25,440 nucleotides of DNA from Bacteriovoracaceae bacterium (GTDB lineage: Bacteria; Bdellovibrionota; Bacteriovoracia; Bacteriovoracales; Bacteriovoracaceae), in contig JBMYPC010000035.1 in the NCBI GenBank assembly GCA_049599895.1, positions 1 to 25,440 on the forward strand, written 5' to 3'. Numbering within the stretch: position 1 is the stretch's first letter; each line of letters starts with the position of its first letter. The translations under genes and the position numbers were made by a program. Of the stretch, positions 18,721 to 25,440 are shown piece after piece. The notes beneath the pieces were generated by a model. The model saw only the letters and a program-made list of their open reading frames with translations, made no database searches and was not told the origin of the DNA.

Positions 18721-19509
18721 ATGATGTGGACGATTATAGGTTTTGGAAGAACAGGTCATTACCTCGCCCAAGAGATTGAAAATATAGGCGGAGCCTGGTT
18801 CGGAACGAAACGCCAAGAAAATAAAGAGGCAGGTATTAAAAGTCTAGACCTCTCCTCTATCGACACTCTCCCGTCTATGGAAGAGCTGAGTCAACTCTTT
18901 GAAGGTCGAGTCGTTGTCTTTCTCATTCCACCATCGTCTTATCATTCAGAGGTTTTTCAATACCTTTGCAATAACTTAAAAACCTCAGCACAGCTCTTTG
19001 TTCAAGTTTCCAGTACTTCAATCTTTGAAAAAAATCATGGTGAAGTTTTTGATGAAACATTGCCTGAGTTTGAAAGTGAACGGGCAAAAAAAGTATTTGA
19101 AGCTGAAAACCTTTTTGTTGATCTTGCTCAAAGCCAGTCTTGTCCACATTTTAGGATTCGATCATCGGGACTTTTCGATGATCAAAACCATCCTGCCTAT
19201 TTTTTGAATAAAAAAGAAGAAATCAGCTTCACAGATAAAGAAAGGCTCTCTCTTATTCATAGAAGAGAACTTGCAAGGGTCATTCTGTGGGTCAAAGAAA
19301 ACTTTGCAGATCTTCCTTCTGTGCTCAATGCTTCTTATCCAACAAGCCAGACAAAATATCATTACTATGAAAACTTGTTTAAAACCCTCGGTTTAAAATC
19401 TCAGCTCAAGGTTATTCCTGACAATTCTTCTTGGCGACATATTGTCCCTAAGCTTTTAATCAATAGTGGATTTAAGTTTCAAAATGATCCCAATGGCTTT
19501 AAAGCCTAG
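18721..19509 (+). CDS. NAD(P)-binding Rossmann-fold protein (atypical SDR/epimerase, YeeZ-like)
   Basis: N-terminal IIGFGRTG, VSSTSIF, EAE, RSSGLF and LIHRREL. Confidence 0.75.
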   Translation: MMWTIIGFGRTGHYLAQEIENIGGAWFGTKRQENKEAGIKSLDLSSIDTLPSMEELSQLFEGRVVVFLIPPSSYHSEVFQYLCNNLKTSAQLFVQVSSTSIFEKNHGEVFDETLPEFESERAKKVFEAENLFVDLAQSQSCPHFRIRSSGLFDDQNHPAYFLNKKEEISFTDKERLSLIHRRELARVILWVKENFADLPSVLNASYPTSQTKYHYYENLFKTLGLKSQLKVIPDNSSWRHIVPKLLINSGFKFQNDPNGFKA

Positions 19510-19551
19510 AGACCAAATCACTCCCTTCTTGTAATTCAAACAGGGAAAGCG

Positions 19552-19700
19552 ATATACTAAAAACGGTTGAGTTTTCAGACGTTCACTGAACAGCAAAAGT
19601 GTCCAGCGGACAGTTTTGATGACCAGGGAATCTCTTAAAGCGTCAGCGCCCAGTGTTCCAAGGTTCCTTTACTTGAAATCTAAACCAGTACCACTATATA
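19552..19700. mobile_element. MITE-like non-autonomous element, long form, flanked by ATATA direct repeats
   Basis: ATATA at 19552-19556 and 19696-19700. Homologous to 4310-4417. Imperfect 26-bp terminal inverted repeat (17/26 by manual count). Extra internal hairpin at 19591-19621. Confidence 0.85.
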
Positions 19701-19702
19701 AT
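19673..19702 (+). promoter_or_regulatory. Hybrid sigma70-type promoter: -35 from the element, -10 at the junction
   Basis: TTGAAA (19673-19678)-N18-TATAAT (19697-19702), 6 nt before ATG 19709. Confidence 0.6.
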
Positions 19703-19708
19703 ACCTCT

Positions 19709-20464
19709 ATGAATTGGCGCACCTGCAAAAGCCTTATTTTTCTCTTTTCTGTCCTTTTGTCTCTAACAACAAAAGCTCAAACAATCCTTATCGATCCTGG
19801 TCATGGTGGAATTGACTGCGGAGCCAAGCAATTTTTAAAAAAGGGAAATAAGACAGTAAAGTTTTGCGAAAAAGACCTAGTTCTCCAACTCTCAAAAGTC
19901 ATCAAAAAAGAACTTGAAAAACATTATCGAGTCTATCTCACTCGTAGCTTTGATAGAACACTCTCCCTCGATCAAAGAGCAAAGGTCGCTGATAAAATAA
20001 AGGCAGATCTCTTCATTTCAGTTCATGCCAACTCTTTTACTTCTGAGGCACCTAATGGGTTTGAAACTTTTTATCTCAGCAATAATAAGGACAAGGCCGT
20101 CGCTAAAATTGAGAGTGTTGAAAACAGAGACGCCACTGGGCAAACCCTTATCGTAAATCAAATTCTTGCTGATCTAGTGATTGAACGAACTGCCCCTCGC
20201 TCTAAAATGCTCGCTCATTTAGTTCACAAAAATATCGCTAAGAACATTAAAGTTAAATATCAGCTAAAAGACCGAGGGGCCAAGCCCGCACTTTTTTATG
20301 TCCTTGCCTTGTCAAAAAGACCTAGCGTTTTATTAGAGCCAGGCTTTCTTTCAAATAAGCACGAAGCGAAGCGGCTTCGCCATAAAGACTTTCAATTGAG
20401 TTACGCTCGAGGAGTTGTCGAGGGTGTGATTCAATACTTTAAGTATCTCAAAAAGAAACAATAA
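19709..20464 (+). CDS. N-acetylmuramoyl-L-alanine amidase (Amidase_3, AmiA/C-like)
   Basis: IDPGHGG, EK, LTR, ADLFISVHAN and PSVLLEPGFLSN. A signal peptide starts at ATG 19709; the ORF-track start at 19616 lies inside the inserted element. Confidence 0.92.
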   Translation: MNWRTCKSLIFLFSVLLSLTTKAQTILIDPGHGGIDCGAKQFLKKGNKTVKFCEKDLVLQLSKVIKKELEKHYRVYLTRSFDRTLSLDQRAKVADKIKADLFISVHANSFTSEAPNGFETFYLSNNKDKAVAKIESVENRDATGQTLIVNQILADLVIERTAPRSKMLAHLVHKNIAKNIKVKYQLKDRGAKPALFYVLALSKRPSVLLEPGFLSNKHEAKRLRHKDFQLSYARGVVEGVIQYFKYLKKKQ

Positions 20465-20465
20465 T

Positions 20466-20789
20466 TTACTCGACAACAATCTCGAGAAAATTATCACTAC
20501 AATAGAACGACGTAATTGGTTTTGAATCTGATTTTCCATCCTCTCCAACAGTCAGGACAGCATCAGGACTTACCATATCTCTTACATCTTTAAGTTTTGT
20601 TAGGAACTTCTCTGGGGCCCAGGGAATAAAATGTGAACGATCAACTTTAAGAGTGATTTGATCAGCTTTGAAATCAATGTGATGAATAAAAAATTTCTTA
20701 TTATTAAAGATAACTTCAACGTTTTGTGAACCTAGCTTTCCTTCAGAAAATAATGATTCAATTTTTTCAAGACTTTCAATGTACTTCAT
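20466..20789 (-). CDS. Hypothetical protein (107 aa)
   Basis: ORF with an AGGGG RBS-like sequence that fills the gap. No motif recognised. Confidence 0.7.
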   Translation of the reverse strand: MKYIESLEKIESLFSEGKLGSQNVEVIFNNKKFFIHHIDFKADQITLKVDRSHFIPWAPEKFLTKLKDVRDMVSPDAVLTVGEDGKSDSKPITSFYCSDNFLEIVVE

Positions 20790-20880
20790 TTATGACCCCT
20801 TAACTCTTGAAATCATTCTACTCCGACAATTGAAAAAGTGGAACCGCTAGACAAAATAAAGTTGCCTAGAGCTTAAATTT

Positions 20881-21819
20881 TTAGAGTTTGTAACGATGAC
20901 AGAGAAACCCTGCGTCAACATCAGAGGGTTTAACATTCTTAGCGGCCATGAGGAGATAGCAATCTTCAGGGGCTTTATAGAGTCTCTTTTCGTCTTGAGC
21001 ATAGACTTGATCTTTGGCCAGAAATATTACTGTATCTTCCTCAGAGAGAATAAACTTAAAGCCATCACCAGGGATGATTTTATCAATAATCACATAACGA
21101 TGATCGTCATGAATGATGGTATGTCCAGCCGCTTCAAATTCATTGGCCTGAATTTCATCAGGATCCACCATATCAAAAACCATAAGGCTTCTTTGAATTA
21201 TTTCTTCAGCAACAAAGTGAGCAAACTTACTATTATGGTTTCCACATTCTACAGCAAAGGCCAATGCCCCTCTTTCATAGGCTTTTTCAATAAGAAGCCC
21301 AGAGAGAAAGTCTCTGTCGTAAACGAGGTGAGGAAATGGAAATTCGAGCTTTGAAACAAAGTCTCTCGAATTGAGCTGACTTTTGCCATAAATCAGAATC
21401 TTCTCATCTCCTCGGCTGACACTGTGAAGATCAATCAAAAGATCAAATGGCTCAGCCTTTTCAAGAATTTCCATAATTTCATACGAGCGCTGTATCTCAT
21501 AAGCTTGAGTGTCATAATGCTCATTTCCATCTCTTCGAAAAGCTCGGTTGAGGTCGTAATCAAGATACCTCACATCATCTTTATAAGCACTGGGATTACC
21601 TAATATGAACTGAATTTCGCCCATTACGAGGGCCTTTTTGCCATGCAAACGATTAAAAACATGAAAGATGGCCTCGACCCCAGCTGGCTCGTTTCCATGG
21701 GTTCCTCCAATGACAATGATTTTTGGCCCATGGACATCAGATTTAATAGCAATGTGGCCTTCAAAATCAGAAACTTGATTTTCTTTAAAAAAATGAAGGA
21801 TGTTTTCTCTATGGAGCAT
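20881..21819 (-). CDS. Succinylglutamate desuccinylase/aspartoacylase family (M14-like Zn hydrolase)
   Basis: GGTHGNE, GNP.A, RY...DLNRAF, IDLHS and VECG. Confidence 0.9.
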   Translation of the reverse strand: MLHRENILHFFKENQVSDFEGHIAIKSDVHGPKIIVIGGTHGNEPAGVEAIFHVFNRLHGKKALVMGEIQFILGNPSAYKDDVRYLDYDLNRAFRRDGNEHYDTQAYEIQRSYEIMEILEKAEPFDLLIDLHSVSRGDEKILIYGKSQLNSRDFVSKLEFPFPHLVYDRDFLSGLLIEKAYERGALAFAVECGNHNSKFAHFVAEEIIQRSLMVFDMVDPDEIQANEFEAAGHTIIHDDHRYVIIDKIIPGDGFKFILSEEDTVIFLAKDQVYAQDEKRLYKAPEDCYLLMAAKNVKPSDVDAGFLCHRYKL

Positions 21820-21833
21820 GCTTTGAAATCGTT

Positions 21834-23456
21834 TTAATACTGGTTTAAGAGTTCTTCAAGGTCTCTTTGTATCCTATTTACTTCATCTTTTGAACCACCA
21901 ATAACGGTGTAACCTAATTTTCCATAGACACCGAATGAATTCAGCATATGAAATACAGCTCCAGATGACTTCTCTTTGTTAAAAATGATGTTGTGCTTTG
22001 ATAGATAGCTTAAAAGGTCGCCAGGGCACTTGCCCTTAAACTCATCACGACAAAAATTATCATTGGCATTGTAATAGACAGCTCTTCCATTTTTATCAAC
22101 TAAGACACCCTGATCTTCATCATATTTTGATTCTGTCATTAGCTTTGTGGTTTGATAAGGATGAGTTGTTCCCCCTTGTCTAATATTGACTTCAATCACC
22201 TTAATATGACGCTTTCCATCTCGTTTGTAGACAATAAAATCCACAGAGAAAAATCCAATGATTCCTTCTTTTGCAAGCTCTTGACCTATTTTCTTTGTAT
22301 AGGTCGATAATGAGTCTCTAATATCATTTCCAGCAGGAAACACGCACCCTAAGTACTTCATCCCCGATTCATCAAGAATCTGGTTATGGGTTGAGAGCAG
22401 TCTTACTTCAGAGCGAGGTGTGATATAACCTTGAGCACTTGGAGAATAGAAATCTTCTCCACTTAAAAAGACTTCAACAATTCCTCCAGCACGAAACCTT
22501 TCAAGAAAACTTTCCAGAGTAATGCTTTGGTTTTGGAATTTCATCTGTTCAAGCTTCGATTCAAGATAGGACAGTTTCTCAGAAAGAGTCCATGATTCAA
22601 ATGTTTCAAAGGCAGTATCAAATTGAATTTTTGCATTTCCTTCACCAGACACTCCAGAGTCAAGTTTTACTAAAAATATTTGAACTTCAGGGTTTCTTCG
22701 CCAAGTATTCATAAGAGCAAAAAGAATATCTTCTTTTGATTTTAAATCTTCTTGCCCATCAGGGTGAGGAATTTGCGCCCTATTAAAAACGACTTTATTC
22801 CCTGACTTTGTTTGCCAATAATGAAGGTCTGGATGACAACCAAAAACAGGAATGCCAAGGCTTTCAGCCAACTTCTTTTCACTCTCAGAGTAAGTAAATG
22901 GCATTAAAAAACTAGCGTTTCTAATAATTGAATTTCGTATTGCTTGTAAGGCCTTATCAGACTTCATCACTTTTTCGCTTAAAGGCCCTTGGTGCTGACT
23001 GTCGCAAAGATCAAAAAACTGTATTCTTTTTTTGATTTCATCTGTAACGCCAACACAACTTAAAAGGTGCTTAACATTTTCAGTTTCTACAGGATTTGAA
23101 GAGAGATAAAGAACATTAATATTTTCTTTTGTGGCATAAAGAATTTGCCAAAGGCTTCTCATCTCATAAAAATCAATCCCCTTGATATTTTCAACATCTT
23201 CTCTTTTTAAAGAAATTGAAGGACAAGCAACGATTTGAACTTGCCTTCCACGTTCAATTCGAGAGAAGACATTTTTAAGCTTTGCCATCTCAGTCTTTAC
23301 ACTTCTTTCAAGACGATGAGTCTTTAAAGTATTGGCATGAGACTTTGAGAAAAGATCAATAACCACACTTGAGTTTTTAGGGCCATTTTGTCCACCACGA
23401 AGCAGTGCTAAAATGTTTTGTGAAATGAACTTAGATTTAAACATTTTATTGCCCAT
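21834..23456 (-). CDS. PGM1-related ATP-grasp peptide ligase-like protein
   Basis: PSISL, YEMR, TKSG, VKLDSGVSGEGNA, IVE, SPSAQ, LSTHNQIL, YLGCVFPA, FSVDF, IEVNIRQGGTTHP and GAVFHM...GKLG. GAAGGA RBS. Confidence 0.8.
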   Translation of the reverse strand: MGNKMFKSKFISQNILALLRGGQNGPKNSSVVIDLFSKSHANTLKTHRLERSVKTEMAKLKNVFSRIERGRQVQIVACPSISLKREDVENIKGIDFYEMRSLWQILYATKENINVLYLSSNPVETENVKHLLSCVGVTDEIKKRIQFFDLCDSQHQGPLSEKVMKSDKALQAIRNSIIRNASFLMPFTYSESEKKLAESLGIPVFGCHPDLHYWQTKSGNKVVFNRAQIPHPDGQEDLKSKEDILFALMNTWRRNPEVQIFLVKLDSGVSGEGNAKIQFDTAFETFESWTLSEKLSYLESKLEQMKFQNQSITLESFLERFRAGGIVEVFLSGEDFYSPSAQGYITPRSEVRLLSTHNQILDESGMKYLGCVFPAGNDIRDSLSTYTKKIGQELAKEGIIGFFSVDFIVYKRDGKRHIKVIEVNIRQGGTTHPYQTTKLMTESKYDEDQGVLVDKNGRAVYYNANDNFCRDEFKGKCPGDLLSYLSKHNIIFNKEKSSGAVFHMLNSFGVYGKLGYTVIGGSKDEVNRIQRDLEELLNQY

Positions 23457-23518
23457 GACTTTTCCTTCACTTACAAAGTACCTCTATCAAAGAGGTACAG
23501 AATGATTAAGGATATATA

Positions 23519-23534
23519 AGCAATTCTCATACCA
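23519..23534 (-). promoter_or_regulatory. Putative sigma54 (-24/-12) promoter for the ATP-grasp/M14 operon
   Basis: Minus strand TGGTATGAGAATTGCT: GG-N10-GC with TTGC. Confidence 0.55.
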
Positions 23535-23631
23535 GTTTGGTTAATAAGCTTTGCTCTAGTTCCTCATCAACTAACCGAAAATGTGTGTTCAGTGGTCATT
23601 AATAAGTACTTAGTAGTTAATCTCTTTCTAC

Positions 23632-23648
23632 TGTCTAGAGTTTAGACA
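23632..23648. promoter_or_regulatory. Palindrome TGTCTA-N5-TAGACA, candidate activator (bEBP) binding site
   Basis: Perfect 6-bp dyad about 100 bp upstream of the putative sigma54 site. Confidence 0.4.
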
Positions 23649-23834
23649 CTCCAATTAACAACTAATAGTCTAATGCCAATCAGGATTCTCAGCAAGGGGC
23701 CTTTTCTTTACTCTAGTAGAACGCACAAGTGCTTGCCCAATTAAAAGAGAAATTAATTGTAAAAAACCTATAGGTACTATTCCAGTCATCATCTATAATA
23801 GAAGGATTGAAATGTAACGGAAAGGAATGAATCA

Positions 23835-24350
23835 ATGGATTTCAACGATAGATTTTTAGGCTTTAGTAAACCCTTTATTGATGGTGTAAAAGAGGTCTAC
23901 TCCACAATGATGTCAACTGAGATTCAAAACGATAAACCTGAAATTAAGCAGAACCCTACTTCAAAAGGTTTCTATTCTTCTATTATAGGAATGAATGGTG
24001 TCCTTGAGGTCGATGGAAACTCTAAGCAATTTCAAGGCTCCATGAGTATCACCTGGGAAAAAGAGGCTTATCTTAAAACCGCAGGTCAAATGCTTATGGA
24101 AGAGTACACTGAATTTAATGAAGAAATTCAGGATGCCGGTGCTGAGATAGTTAACATTGTTATGGGTAATGCTAAAAAAGTACTCGCAGAAGAAGGTTAT
24201 AAAATTGAAATGTCCACACCTACAGTTGTCACAGGTGAAGACCATGAACTTGGTTATCAAAAATGTGTCATTACTATTGCAACACCATTTGAAAGTGAAC
24301 TAGGAAAGTTCTGGCTTGAAATTGGTTATCGAGATCAAGACCAATCTTAA
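23835..24350 (+). CDS. cheX: Chemotaxis phosphatase CheX family
   Basis: SSIIGMNG, GSMSI, DAGAEIVNIVMGNAK (ExxN) and MSTPTVVTG. Confidence 0.85.
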   Translation: MDFNDRFLGFSKPFIDGVKEVYSTMMSTEIQNDKPEIKQNPTSKGFYSSIIGMNGVLEVDGNSKQFQGSMSITWEKEAYLKTAGQMLMEEYTEFNEEIQDAGAEIVNIVMGNAKKVLAEEGYKIEMSTPTVVTGEDHELGYQKCVITIATPFESELGKFWLEIGYRDQDQS

Positions 24351-25440
24351 ACCATCTGGTCAACAATACTTAAGACTTTTGCATAGTTTTCATCAAAGTA
24401 GTCCTTAAGACCATTCCAAGCATTCTTGGTTTTTTCTTTATCAAAATCATACTGATATAAAATTTCAAGAAGCTCTTCAGCGACAATAAAAACTAAAGAT
24501 AAGTTTGAAAGAGCGCCACTATCAAGACCCTTAGGAAAACCGTCATTTTGTGGTCTTTCGTGATGTTGCTCAATGATCTTTATAGTCTCACTGCTGATTT
24601 CAGGAATTCCTTGTAATTTGAATGCTAGTTCTGTTCCATGGTTGAGAACTTTTTCTTGATCTTCTCGAGAAAGTTCTTTCATCCCAGCAGTTCGATAAAC
24701 TCGAGCAAGTTTATCATCATCAAAAAGACTGTCGTGTAATAAGCAGGCAGTCATCATACTCTCAGTACTCTTGCCTTGATCCCAGCCTACCTTTTTTAAA
24801 ATGTTCACAGCCAAATAACTCAACAAAATACTATGCTCTAAAATAAAGCTTCCCTTAGAAAAAACATTGGAAAAAAGATTGTATAGATCCTCGGAGCCTG
24901 TCACTTTTTCCATAATTGAGTCGACAACATTGTCGACAGACCTTTTAAGACGTGGGCTAATATCCAAATGTGAAATTTGTTGATAGACATAATCTAAGCC
25001 TAATTGATCAGCCAGGACTTTAGCCTTAGAGCTTCCTCTCTTCTTGGCTTCACTTAACTTAGAGCTTAATTGACCTTCATAGGCATCGAGAAACATATCC
25101 TTGTCTTTATACAGGATACAAAGATTTTGAACATTTTTCTCTTTTAAAGATTTGATTCGAGAATGATCGAGGGCCTCATCTTCATTAATCAGTTTGAGAG
25201 TTTTTCGTTTAGACAGTGGCAAATAAACATCCATTGGAAGCTTCTCAAAAATAAAAATTCTTGCAATGGGAAAGAAATAATACTCCGGTTTCGACTCTTG
25301 AGTCACTGGTTTAGAACGATTATCATTTTCACCTGTTAAATCCTGAAGATTAGATGAATGTCTTAAAGACCAATCGGCGTCTTCCTGCGCGGACTCCGAT
25401 TCATTTTTGAGTGACCAATCGGCATCTTCTTGCGCGGACT
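24347..25440 (-). CDS. HD-GYP-like (HD domain) signalling protein, 5' end beyond the window
   Basis: EHS, LLHD, NHG and HHERPQNDGFPKGL. The frame stays open upstream of the track's GTG (25306) to the window edge. Confidence 0.8.
   Translation of the reverse strand, partial: SAQEDADWSLKNESESAQEDADWSLRHSSNLQDLTGENDNRSKPVTQESKPEYYFFPIARIFIFEKLPMDVYLPLSKRKTLKLINEDEALDHSRIKSLKEKNVQNLCILYKDKDMFLDAYEGQLSSKLSEAKKRGSSKAKVLADQLGLDYVYQQISHLDISPRLKRSVDNVVDSIMEKVTGSEDLYNLFSNVFSKGSFILEHSILLSYLAVNILKKVGWDQGKSTESMMTACLLHDSLFDDDKLARVYRTAGMKELSREDQEKVLNHGTELAFKLQGIPEISSETIKIIEQHHERPQNDGFPKGLDSGALSNLSLVFIVAEELLEILYQYDFDKEKTKNAWNGLKDYFDENYAKVLSIVDQMV
25368..25440 (-). repeat. 45-bp coding tandem repeat (15-aa unit containing SAQEDADWSL)
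   Basis: The unit 25368-25412 is repeated from 25413 to the window end, with two synonymous differences. Confidence 0.85.

Noticed and set aside
18484..18816. Track ORFs 18484-18690 (+) and 18490-18816 (-)
   Set aside because: They overlap real genes and have implausible composition. The 38-aa ORF in another frame explains the gap better.
19616..19708. 31-aa N-terminal extension of the amidase in the ORF track
   Set aside because: It lies mostly inside the inserted element. The signal peptide and -10 box point to ATG 19709.
128..24260. Many 60-150 aa alternative-frame or antisense ORFs nested in larger genes (e.g. 914-1231, 11947-12288, 16367-16777, 20896-21354)
   Set aside because: These are shadow ORFs of well-supported genes, with no motifs or independent start signals.
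25368..25440. Repeat resembling a CRISPR repeat-spacer unit
   Set aside because: The 45-bp period is in frame within an ORF with synonymous differences, the apparent spacer is only 17 nt, and there are no cas genes.

Overview
AT-rich, gene-dense bacterial chromosomal segment. The gene content and style suggest a predatory Bdellovibrionota (Bacteriovoracia-like) genome; this is inference only. Recognisable genes include a transketolase-like enzyme, a PNKP-type HAD phosphatase, an MFS-acyltransferase fusion, grxB, a DMT transporter, a divergent TrmB-like methyltransferase, elbB, an S8 protease and an ApaH-like phosphoesterase. Further along are a metalloprotease lipoprotein, an alpha/beta hydrolase, L25/Ctc, a DUF3299-DUF2796-ABC (zrg-like) cluster, an amidase, a PGM1-like ATP-grasp ligase paired with an M14/AstE-like hydrolase, CheX and an HD-GYP-like protein. 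The strongest unannotated signal is a small non-coding mobile element (MITE-like) present twice, in short (4310-4417) and long (19552-19700) forms, each flanked by its own 5-bp direct repeat. One copy interrupts an otherwise intact 213-aa lipoprotein gene that the ORF track misses. The other sits in the amidase -10 box and supplies a replacement -35 at the same spacing. Also noted: a missed 38-aa membrane peptide, several apparently leaderless genes, sigma54- and sigma28-like promoters, and a ~90-nt rod-like intergenic structure.
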